From: the human T2T-CHM13v2.0 reference genome, Homo sapiens
Length of the DNA stretch: 64,000 nt
Direction: 5' to 3' (one strand)
NCBI RefSeq assembly: GCF_009914755.1
Contig: NC_060932.1
Shown: one piece after another, positions 26,233 to 38,966 of the stretch
Numbering within the stretch: the stretch's first letter is position 1
Layout: every line of letters begins with the position of its first letter
Position numbers and translations under genes: made by a program
The notes under the pieces: generated by a model
The model's database searches: none
The model's input: the letters and a program-made list of their open reading frames with translations, nothing else
What the model was told of the DNA's origin: nothing

Positions 26233-27507
26233 AGCACTATTGTGGCAAAAACTGACTGATGATGGATTTTGAATTTCACATGAAGGATGGATAAAATTTA
26301 ACTATGTGAAAAGGAAAGAAAGGGCTTACAAGGCTGAAGACTCATGTGAGTGAACACATCTTCCAATCCATCACTCAGCTAGATCTTTCTTTCTTTGAAA
26401 TATTTATTTTTTTGTTTCTTTTTAATTGTGCCAGGGAGGGAGTCTTTTCTCCTTCATATCCTCTCTGAGGTCTTTGCAATATTTCTTGTGTCAATCTGTT
26501 TCCTTCCATTCTAACTACTCTGACCCCAGCTTAAGTCATCTTCATATCACACCTATTACTGTAAGAGTCTCCTAAAAAGCCTTCCTCACTTAGTCTCTTT
26601 AAACTGCCCTATACATAAAGGCAAAATAAATGGTGCTAAAAAAAAATAAGATCATGTGAAGTCATTGAGAAACCTCCAACACATCCCTGTGCAGACTGAA
26701 CTTACAAATTTGTCAATCTATTCCTTCATTTTGGTCTATATTTTCTGAGTACCTGTTACATTTCAGCATTGTTACCAGATGTGGGTAATGAAAAACCAAA
26801 ATTAGCCATGGTCCCTGATCCAAAGGAAGCTAAAACTCATGGAAGAGATGAGCAAGGAAATCAGCTGTTACTTGGCAATGAGACAAGACTATCATAGAAA
26901 TGTGCAGAAAACTGGCAAACTTTTGGGGCTGGGGACAAAATATCTTCTCAAAAAAGATGATGCTTAATTTGAGGTTTTTTGTTTAGTTTTGTGTTGGAGT
27001 AGAAATTAACTCCAGGAAGATGACTGACGGGTCAGGTAAGACTAGCAGGGCATTCCAGGCAGGTAAACAGCATGGATGAGCACAGTGATGGTGCCACAAC
27101 ACAAAGATAACATGGTTAGAATCAAAGGGTGCACGTGGAGAAGAGAGGTGCCTGCATATCCACAAAGCTGTTAGACATCCTGTAAGCTCCACGCCTTATG
27201 CTATTGCTTACATGTGGTCACTGTTGTTTATGTTGTCATTTAATAAATCAAGCCTCACGATTGAATAAAAATTTGGAGAATGTATGCAATTAATACAGTA
27301 ATCTTAAAGGTCATCTTCACACCAACACAAGGAGCAAAGCAGGAAGGGGAGAAAAAACAGCAAACTAGGAACCAGAGGCAGGCTTCCGTATGGGTTCCAC
27401 TTGTCCCAGACCTGGTTCATTAGCCTGGTGACCTTGACAAAGATGCTTGGAACCAGTGCCCTCAATAGTAAAAAGCAGGCCATATTTCCTGGCTATTCAT
27501 ATTTTGT

Positions 27508-27574
27508 TGTCATGATCAAATGATATGCATATGTCATGATCAAATGATATGTATATGTCATGATCAAATGATAT
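27508..27574. repeat. 24-bp tandem repeat, ~2.8 copies
   Basis: TGTCATGATCAAATGATATG(C/T)ATA twice, plus a 19-nt partial copy. Confidence 0.92.
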
Positions 27575-28939
27575 CCCAATTTGAAAAGTGCTGCACAAAT
27601 TCTAAGCATTCCTACTAAATGAAAGAGATTGTACATTTTGTAAAATGCCAACTCCAATTTATCAGAAGTAATCACTAGCTTCTCCATAATTTTTCAGAGT
27701 GGCTTCCTGAATGAGTGATAATATCTTCTAAGCTAATTGGTGTTCAAAGCTGAATTTCAGAAAGATGTCCAATAGACCAGAGCTCCATATGTCACAGAGC
27801 CGTTATGCAAGAAGGTGGAGAAAAGTTCAGAAAAAAGTTTTTTAAAAAAAGTTTTAAATAAAATCAAAGACTACATGATTTCTTAAAAGAAAAAAAAAGC
27901 TCAGATGAGACAATAAAACAATAAAGGGTGATAAAAAGCGAGCAAGCAAAGCTCTAGGAAGAAACAGGAGAAAAAAACTAAAACAGTTACAAAATAAAAG
28001 CTACAATGGAAGTAACAATAAATAGAATAAATATGAATGAAATGGTCAGGGACACCAAACAAGCTGGAGAAAGTAATTCAAAACAAATGGAAAAAAATTG
28101 AAAATGAATTTTATAAAAGATATATGAGGGACAGATTTTAAAAAAAATCTAACATAAGCATAATGAGCATCTAAAAGGAATCAATCAAGTAAATGAAACA
28201 GACCAAAATTTTAAAATGTAATGAAACAAAAGCTTTTCTGAAATTATAATTAAACTTTCCAATCAAAAAATAACACTAATTTCACATAAGATTAATAAAG
28301 TTTTCTTAGTAAATAAATGCTTTAAAAAGAAACACCATACCCCACAAAAAGAAAAGCAGTGATAGAGAAAACTATCAAATGTAAGTTGCTACTAAGCCTC
28401 AAGAACAAAGAAAGATCATGGGATATTCAAGGAGAAAAATATCTAACCATACACAAGGTGGAAAGATTAAGTTGATCTCATCATTCTCCGCAGTAGCATG
28501 CAATAACAGAAGGCATTAGTGTAATCTCTAAAAACAAGGGTAAAAAAGTGAGACTCAATGATCTTATATTCCTCCAAGGTGCCTTTTAAGTATGAAGGTA
28601 ATAGACACTCTCAAACTTGCACAAAATCAATGAGCATATAGCTCTTCTTGAAAAATTACGCCACTAAAAATTTTAAAACAAACAAAAGAATGGTGACAAA
28701 ATGTAAATTCACTGAAATAGTACAGTATTTCATATACTTAAGATAAAACTATTAGAATTTTCATAATAGAATATTATAAATCTTGACAATGTCAAAAGAT
28801 TATAACTTAAAAAATAACTGTAAGATGGGAAAGAACTGAGAAGTGGACTAATTTCTTCAGCTTTATATCAAAAAGTCAATAGTCTGTTTAAAATTGGTAG
28901 TTTAAAAAATAGTCTGTCTGAAATTGTAGTTAAAATAAT

Positions 28940-29690
28940 TCTTTTTTAATTTTTAATTTTTGTAGGTATATAGTAGATGTAAATATTTATTAGGTACATG
29001 ATGTGTTTTGATACAGGCATACCAAGTGAAATAGTCACATCAGGGTAAATGGGGCAACCATCCCCTCAAGCATTTGTCCTTTGAGTCATAAAGCATTCAG
29101 TTATCCTCTTTTAGTTATTTTAAAATATACAATTAAGTTATCATTGACTATAGTCACCCTGTTGTGCTATCAAATAGTAGATCTTATTCATTCTTTCTAA
29201 ATTTTTTCTGTACCCCTTAACCCTCCCACCTCCTCTCCAGCTCCTCACTATGCTTCCCAGCCTTCTACTCTATGATGTCCTTGAGTTCAATTAATTTGAT
29301 TTTTAGATCCCACAAATACATGAGAACATGCGATGCTTTTCTTTCTCTGCCTGGCTTTTTTCACTTAACATAATGATCTCCAGTTCCACCCATGGAACTG
29401 CAGGCATGAAAAGGAATGTGAGATCCTGTCATTTGCAACATGACAAGATCTCTCATTCCTTTTTATGGCTGAATAGTACTCCACTGTGTATATGTACCAC
29501 GTTTTCTTTATCCATTTATCTGCTGATATACTCTTAGGTTGCTTCCAAATCCTGGCTATTATGAACAGGGCTGTAACAAACATGAGAGTGCAGATATCTC
29601 TTCAATATGCTGATTTCACTTATTTTATGTATATACACAGCACTGGAATTGCTGGATCCTATGGGAGCTCTATTTTTAGTTAAAAATAAC
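28940..29690 (-). mobile_element. L1MA-type 3' end (preceded by a probable degraded L1 remnant, ~27800-28930)
   Basis: ggtacatgatgtgttttgatacaggcat...ttgactatagtcaccctgttgtgctatcaaatag...gatatctcttcaatatgctgatttc. Confidence 0.85.
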
Positions 29691-29939
29691 TTACTTTGTA
29701 GATTTGTATTTATCTTTTGCTCTTGAGATTGTCTTTTATAAGTTGATATAACTTGTAAATATAACAGTTTCCTGTAGTTCAGGAATTCTTTACCTCACTT
29801 CAGGTTTTTTCTTTTAAAGTCTAATAGAATGAAATATTTTTAATTAAAATATTAATGATATGATCTAACTTTTATAAAATCATTTTTCATCTGTACATAT
29901 GCATCAAGAAAAGTCTGGAATGATATACAACTGATACTA

Positions 29940-30292
29940 TGTATTAGTCTGTTTTCACACTGCTGATAAAGACATACTCAAGACTGGGAAGAAAAAGAGG
30001 TTTCATTGGATTTACAGTTTCACATGGCTGGGAAGGCCTCAGAATCATGGCGGGATGTGAAACGCACTTCTTATATGGCAGTGGCAAGAGAAAATGAGGA
30101 TGAAGCCAAAGCAGAAACCCCAATAAACCCACCAGATCTTGTAAGACTTATTCACTATCACAAGAATAGCACAGGAAAGATGGGCCCCCATGATTCAATT
30201 ACCTCCCCCTGGGTCCCTCCCACAACACGTGGGAATTCTGAGAGATACAATTCAAGTTGCGATTTGGGTGGGTACACGGCCAAACCATATCA
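29940..30292 (-). mobile_element. THE1A/B LTR
   Basis: tgtattagtctgttttcacactgctgataaagacata...gccaaaccatatca; ACTA(T) flanking duplication. Confidence 0.9.
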
Positions 30293-31669
30293 ACTATCAA
30301 TGGTTATTTCTGATTAGTAGAATTTGAGGTAGCTTTCCTTTGCTTTAGTTTTTAGTTTATTGTATCATTTAAAGTTTTATTTTCAATGTACAATTTTTAT
30401 AGAAATATCTAAGTCTTTTTAAGAAAACTGAAAGACATTAGTAAAGAAGACAAACAGTAGAGCAAAATTTGTATTAAGATCTGGAATAAGACAACTCCTA
30501 ATAATTAGCACTAAACCTATCTCAGATCTTCCTTCCTGGTGGCAAGGTTGAAAAGGTAAGACAATGAGTTACACATTTTTAGTGTATGGTAAAAAAAAGC
30601 AGAACAAAATCATCTTGAAAGAAAGAGACCAGTGTTAGTTGAGTAGCTACCATATGTCAAGCACTGTCTCATGTATTTCTTACAATCCCATGAAATTCTA
30701 TTGGCTCATTTTTCAGATGAGGAAGGCCAGATAAGTAACTTGATGTGCATTCCCACAGCTGGTCAGTGGCAAAGCCCAAATAGGAATCCAAGTCATATGA
30801 TCTCAAAATTATGCTCTAGTCTCTCCAGTTCTCTGCCTCCCAATTTCTGGACCCCAACTCTAAGAGAAACTAATCTAATTTATTATTGTATAATAAAGTG
30901 TTCAGTTACTGCTGTGTGAAAGCATTCAGTTAACCACAAGCTCAAAATCAAGTTGAATCTCAATATCAAAAAAAAAAGCCAATTAATTATGTGGTAGCAC
31001 ATTGTTACTAGTGATAAAGTTCATACTACGGTATTGCCATGACGGAAAAGTGCCAAGTCTAGTATTGTTCAAATAAATGATGGGAAACATAGAAAACTAT
31101 GTAAAACATTTCTTAACCCAAGTCTTTTTTTACACTAATTTGCATTCCTCTTACTTTGAAGATTCTTATGCAATGGGAGCAACTGTTGTAAAGAAAATTA
31201 GAATGAAAAGCAAACAAAAACTTTTCAACAATAGTCCATTGAACATTATAGCCCCTATCAAAACTATAACTGTATATTCTAAATAATCCCAACAAGACCT
31301 TTTGCAATTCAAACTTTCTTTTGAAATTCTTATTTATTTTCTATTACTTGACAAGTAATGATGAATATGACAAAGTATGTCCCTACTTTGATATATCACA
31401 TAAAATATAAAACCTATACAAATATATACTTTTCAAAAGGATGGGATTAATAAACTAAGTATATCCTTACTTTGAATAAACAGGGATTAACAGATATGTA
31501 AACATAATCCCAATTTGCCATAATAATTACCCTCTCTATAGCTCAAGTTGGCCTTTGACAGTTACACATGGAAGACTGTAATGTATACAAATAACCTATA
31601 GTCACAAAGACAGTTTTTTGGTGCCTCTCCCAATACATACAGTTTGTCTTTTCTCATGTACTCTGTTTA

Positions 31670-31990
31670 TTCTTTCATTCATTTATTCATTCATTCAAGC
31701 AATTTTCATTGAATAGCCACTGAGTACCAGGCAATGTGATAGGCTAGTGATTAAGAAACAGGATAGGGTATTCCTCTGAGAATTCACAAGTCATTGGATG
31801 AAATATGTGTAAATGGCTACTTGTAAATCAACTTACTAAGGGCCACAGTAGAGCTCTTGAAGGATGGAAGGTGAGAGAGGACAACTAGTTGGAGTTACCA
31901 GGGTGAATTCACATGGTTGGCCTTTGACTTCTATATAGAAGGTGGCTTTTGCCAGGCAGAGAAGTCACACAGTATATATGCAGCCAAAGA
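31670..31990 (-). mobile_element. L2 3' fragment
   Basis: (TTCA)n tail then ttgaatagccactgagtaccaggc. Confidence 0.6.
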
Positions 31991-34900
31991 GGAAAATATG
32001 GCTTTTGGAACTCTGAGAGATGGTTCAAGATGATCCTCAGCCAGTAACACATAAATGATTATTTATTATATGCAAATACAAATTTGCACAGTATGGCCAA
32101 AAATACAGCCTTATTAGTGTGTTGGCCATTGCCTATAATGTTGTGCTCTCTGAAGAGAAGGGTGCATATGAGACAAAGCCACCTTAGAGGTAGGTTAGTA
32201 TTAGAGGATGAATACTGGGCTTTCCCACATTCCTGAGTGGACAACTTCTCCTCTAAAAATCTCCCCTTAGTCCTTAGTCTCTCCCTAGCTATGGCCAACC
32301 CTTCCCTACTCAGTCAAACTTCTAGAAAAGGTAGTTAAATTCCAATTCTGTATTTCCAGCACCTCATTTCTCCTTTACTTGTCAATACAAGTAATCTGGA
32401 TTCCACCCTTCACTGTCAAACTCAAACTACTTGTGTTCTATCCACTGCACAACTTTCAGTGCTTAATCAACTTAATTCTACAAAGAAACCTGGAATTGTC
32501 CTGTTCCCTCTGGTTCATCTACTTCTCCAGCTGCTCTTCAGTGCTCATAGTTGGCCCCTTCTCCTCTTGCTGGTTCTAATATCCCCATAAATCTTTTTTT
32601 GTTTGCTCTTTTTCACCTTTAACACCCCTTCTTAAGTCACCTCACATATTGGCTTCAATATTACCTGTTTGTTGATGATCTCAGATCTATACTTTCAGGC
32701 CAGGCCACTCCAGAAACCCATATCCAAATTTTCAACTCTCTACAAACATCATTTGAGTTGCTCCAAAAGCGCTCAGATTCAAATGCCCAAAACTAAACTT
32801 ATGATCCTATGTCTTTTACAGTTAAACATATCATGATGAATTCTTCTTTTCCATGAAAATCTTTTAAAATATTTTGAAAAATGCATCCTGCCCTCACTAA
32901 GCCTTCTATTACCAAGCAACTAGATCATATAACTTATCCAGATGTCAAATTTATAGTAATTTCAAACCAAAAGAAATGACAAATCTATGAATGCTGAAAA
33001 AATAGTTATCATAAGGTTCATTAACACAGTTTCAAAGAAAAGATCAGCTACCTTTTACCCAGGTTTCTCATTATTATATATAAAGTGAATACATTTGCTT
33101 CACAGTGACTTTAACCAAAGAACTAATATTACTTTTTAAAGATAAAAGATGATCAAGCCCCATTGAGTATGTTGTTCACAAGATAGGAAAACATACTATA
33201 TATATATATATATATAACTGTATACATATATATAACTGTATATTCTAAATAATTTGGAGATATATATATCAAAAATTAAATTATCAATATGCATTTATTA
33301 ATTTTAAGTATGGAATTTCATATTTTAATTACTTAAATTCCTGATCAACATATACAATCCCTGATTCCTAATGAAAAATATACAGGATAAAGCACAAAAT
33401 GCTAACTATTGTCTAAACTAGCAGTTTCCCAATGTTTTTTAATCATAAATTCTTCATCAGTAAAAATTTCAGCACATACGTATCTATACTTTATAGACAA
33501 ATTGTGCTTTACTAACATATTACATATAATAAAATCTACAAAAATATTTTTTTTCAAAAGGATAGAATTACAAATTAGAAATTTTAATTTCTTCCCATGG
33601 CTCAATGCATTGTACAATCATAGAGGATATTCTACTTTATAAAATTTATCAGTCTAAGCAACCATTATCTCTTAATTGTCAACCAATATTTTCAACTGCA
33701 AACATTTCTTAAATCTTTACTACATACTTACTTAGAGTCTTAGTTCTTCTTGCCAAAGGCATCTTGACTCACCTTCCCTCCAAAAGTGATTAATATTGCT
33801 GACCCCAGTAAACCATCACTTAAACCTCTCAATTTCCTTCTTTTCCAACGTCTATTTCTCCAACTTATTAGACAGCTGACATTTTTAAAATCAGAATCTC
33901 AGTGTGCTAAAACAAGAACTTGAAGACGATGTAAAGGTGAAGCGACAATGCTATTTTCTCTCTGTCATGTCTAGGAATAGTGTGACCATTACCTCCCATG
34001 AAAGCCTCAGCCTTCAGATGTTTTTCTTATATCTACCATGCACTCGGCCTTTGCAAAGGCAGCTAATCAAACAGAAAACTGGCATAAAAATTAAAGATGA
34101 GACTTAGAGAAATAAAGTTTTACAACTTCAGCAATGAGAATGTAGAGTATGAATCAACCCAATGCAAAAACAAGCAAACATCTGAAAACAAATCAAAAGA
34201 AATAAAATTATAATTTCTTTTTGTTCAAATTAATTCATTGCATACTTCACCAATTAAAAGAATGAACAATGGCAAGAAACGGGGTTGACATGTTTGTGGC
34301 CTTGTTAGTATATACATTACTTTATAATTTTATAAAACTGTAAAATAAAAAACCTAAGTTCATAAAATCAGCTAGTATCTACTAATATCCAGAACTTTTA
34401 AATTACAAGTATTATTGAACCCTTTTTTCCTAAATAATACTATAGTAGTACATAGTTGCACTACAAGTCACAAGAAATGTGTAAAAAGCAGTATTTGCCA
34501 TTTATATCTTAATGTACTGTACAGTTTGGTTACCAATTTCTACTGCCAATTTATTTTCTTCACTAAAAACACAAAGTACTTTTTCCCCTATGACAATGAA
34601 TATTAACGTAGAATGTAAGGAAGGAATCTCTTGAAAATGGCTTTGATCTCTTCTGAGTTGGAAGACAAAAAACATTTGTTACACCTAGACAGTGCTTCTG
34701 CTCATGTGACAGTTTACTTTAAAGATCTCATAGACTTAAAATCTATTCATTTTTAACAGACAAACATGAAATATCTACCCTATTTCTAGTAAACTAATTT
34801 AGTGTAGTTAGCTACTTTAAATTATAACTTCCTGTTCATTTAATAAAATTAAGATTAAAATATAGCAACTTTTTAGATGGCAATAAATCAAAGCAATTCA

Positions 34901-36881
34901 TGTTCTCTTTTTTAAAATATTAAGAAAATAATTCAGGTATAAGTGATGAAAATATAGAGAGTTGACTAAAACCTAACCCCTCTAAGTTTTTTTAAGGGTA
35001 TAATTGTGATTTTGCCAGCAATCTAGGCTTAGTAAATGAGCCTCTGCTATAGACCTTGGAACTTTATGCTCAGTCTGGTTGCCTTCCTGATTACTAAGTC
35101 TTTCTAAATTAGAGCAAGCAATTTCTCTTTGTTTTACCTAATATTTGAAAATGGCAAAAAAAAAAAAAAATCCCCTGGGTCACTGAAAATTATCCTTTCA
35201 TTCCAGCCGCCTGTTTCAAGTCAGTCAAAACATTCCAGACTTCAAAAGGAGGCTCTGCCTTCTTAGGCCATTTTGGTGTCCCTCTATGGTTGGCCTAGAA
35301 GGGATCGGTTATTTGGATAAATTAATTTCTGGAGCCTGCTGGCCTTCTAGAAGACCTCAGTGTCTGACTGCAAATTAGTTCTACTGAACATGAAGAAATC
35401 CCTGGACAGGCTAGAAGAAATAAATGGTGATAAAATCTAATACTACAATGTTTGTAATGTGATTTTATTCTGCTATGTGGCTTGTAAGCACAGTTAATGT
35501 TGAATTAAATATTTTAAATTTTTAATAAAGGGCATGAAAGCAGAAAATCAGATCAGTATCCAAGTCATAGCAGAAAAGGCTAAAAGCCAACTTTAAAATA
35601 AAACTTCCAGCAGGAACCTTTTATGAGAACAAACAATAATGTCCCAGTTTTTTCCACAATCAACTATGTATTTACATTACAGATACAAACCCCCTCATTG
35701 GCCCCCCCCTCCACTGAGGCAGGAAGTCATGCAGTTGAATTATGCTTTAGCTGGGCCTGTGAAGAAACTGCTAGGCAGTCCCTGAGCACTGCGCTGTGCA
35801 AGTGCCTTAGGAGGCTTATCCTTAAGGAAGAGAAGTCCAGAGCCAAAACTAACAAACAGGGCCCCTCAAGCGGAACAATGGTCCAGAAAACTCAGCAAAA
35901 AAGAAAATAAACTTCATTGGCAGTTTGTTTTTGACTGTTAAGAGCTTAACTACAACTCTATCAAGATTTTTAAGAAGGTAAGAAATTTCACACATACTGC
36001 ATTCTCACAGCTGCTTGAGAGTTTATAGTGCAAATGTATCATCTTGTCTTGCCACGTCTAATCCACTTTAGGAGATACTTGTATCTTTTCTTTCCAAAGT
36101 AAACAGAATCACACCTCTGAGAAAGAGATGAAGAACACTTCCTCTCCCCACCTTCACACCCCCAGGGCCAGAGTTCAGCTTGAGTGAGCTGATCTAGCTC
36201 CTCATCAACTTTTGCTAATGCTATCTAAGGGTTTAAAGCAGTTGAGATAATGAAGTTCGGAAATAAAGACTAAAGCTGTGACTTTTTTTACATTCAAAAA
36301 TATATGCGTGCAAAATAACCTAAAATGCAGTATTCTCAAAAATTAAAAAAAGTTAACACATGTCATTTTAAAACTTACATAAGGAATTGCAATTATATTA
36401 TCTTTGTAGTTAGCTGCAAATATATTCTGGTTCCCAAAGTACCATGAATCTCAACAGGTAATTAAATTTGATAGTTAAAACAAAAATGTTTATCACAAGA
36501 CTGGACACAATAGGTTAACTATTGTTCCAATCCTACACTTGGGTCACCTCTTTTTAAAAAAAAAAAATCTTTATTTTTTTCTAATTCAAATTAAGCCAGC
36601 ATTACTTAGAATTGAATCAAAGAGAATATACACAGTATGACCAATAATAGATGGAAATGAACAATAGAAGTAGATACATATAGTAAATTAATAATAATAG
36701 CATCAACAAATACTGAGAACAAAACTACAAAAATGGCTGAATATGTTTTCAGTCATATCTTAAATCTGTCCTCAATACCACTCACATTTCAGTGACGTGG
36801 AATTAAGGCTAAGATCATCATATTTGTGAGTTTCATTTTAATTTAACTGAGATACTCATAGTCTAATTGTTTTGAAAAATG

Positions 36882-36928
36882 TGGAACTACATATGGGAAT
36901 TATAAATTATTTCCCATATGTAGTTCCA
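36882..36928. repeat. Perfect 18-bp inverted repeat, 11-nt spacer
   Basis: TGGAACTACATATGGGAA-ttataaattat-TTCCCATATGTAGTTCCA. Confidence 0.93.
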
Positions 36929-38107
36929 AATTTTGTTATATTTTGATATATAAAGAAACAAAAGAAGTTAAACAAAACACTGTTTAAAGCAAAATGAACA
37001 TGCAACTGTAGATTCACTACAGAAATTTCTAAAAGTATAATGCATGGAAATGCATGCATCTATTAACCAGAGAAATCACTGTAGAATTCTCTTCTGTAAA
37101 ACTTTAAATGGTGAAACAGGGTCTCTTAACATATATTTTTAAACCATCAAAATCTAAACATACTTCTTTTTTCCCCCAAATGCAAAAAAATGTTAAGTGA
37201 ATTGCTTTATAAACCTTAAGTCAATGGTTTCCAAGCATTTCACAAGCATGACTCTGTTATACTTTTCTCTCAAGGCTGCACGTTTTCAAAGGTTTTTATT
37301 ACGTAGGCACTAAGTAATCAGTTAGATAGCCCATTTTAAGTTCAGATTTTTAACTATCAATCTGAGCTTCTATTAGAAAGATAATACAAGAAAGAGAAGA
37401 GAAAAGAAACAGGATAAGTTCCTTGAGTTAATTTATGACAAACTGAAGCTTATAAAGCTTATTGCTTAATCATGGATCATATGTCATTTTGCTAAATATT
37501 AAGAAGAATTAAGGGACTTTACTACATCATGGGGCTCATAGAGGGCTTGAAAACTAGCATGGAAATTTCAAAAGTATTTATAATCTGTATGTGCTTTATG
37601 TGAAACTTTCTGGAAAAATATAGCAAGGTTTCATTAAAATTATATGCTAAACCCAAAGGAACAGCCGAGAGCATTATGCATTTTGCCTCCTTGAATATGG
37701 AAAAACCACCTTGATCCTTATAGCCCCACTTACTCTCTTTCATTAAGCACTAGGTAATAAATCATGAATTCACTAAATCTCAGCAGTGGAAAGGATTTTA
37801 GAAGTAATCCAGTTCCACATTATTTTCTATGCAGGAGTCTCCAATAGATTATCACCAAGCAGTAATGAGCTAAAGCTGTATATGTAAAGTGCTTAGAATG
37901 GTCTCTGCTACACAGTAAGTGCCTAATACATGTTCTTTATTTTCTGTAGTAATAGGCACTGGACATCTCCAAAGAAATAGAACTAATATCTCCAAAGAAA
38001 ATCAGCTGATTTAATCTCTTTTTGTAACTTGTAGTGCTTAAGGACTGTTAGTGGTTTAATGACTTAAAAATATATGATGTATGGAAAATTCTGCTATCAA
38101 TACAAAC

Positions 38108-38395
38108 TTTTTTTTTTTTTTTTTTTGAGACAGGATCTCTCTGTCACCCAGGCTGGAGTGCAGTGGTGTGATCACAGCTTACTGCAGCCTTGACCTCCAG
38201 GGCTCAAGTGCTCCTGCCTCCCAACTAGTTGAGACCCCAGGCCCATGCCACCACACCTGGCTAATGTTTTTATTTTTTTGTAGAGAGTGGTCTCACTGTG
38301 TTGCCCAGGCTGGCCCTGAGCTTCTAGGTTCAAGCAATCCTCCCACCTTAGCTTCCCAAATGGCTAGGATTACAGGCGTGGGCCACTGCACCTGA
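38108..38395 (-). mobile_element. AluJ
   Basis: Poly-T, gtgatcacagcttactgcagccttgacctcc, tgttgcccaggctgg. Confidence 0.9.
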
Positions 38396-38623
38396 CCTCA
38401 AGCGTTTTGGCAACAACTTGAAAGGACTCTTGGAACAAGTTAATATGCAATTCTATTATATTTTCATTTTGTAGCAAAATACACTTATGTTAAAACTTTT
38501 CATTATAGGATTATAAAATTGTTTTTCTCCCTTTACAAGTGCCTTTAGAATTTACTATCTTTTCTCATGTTTTAAGGTGGGTGAGAACATTACAAGAATT
38601 TCGGGCCTGGTCTTCCAAAGTAA

Positions 38624-38966
<343 letters not shown>

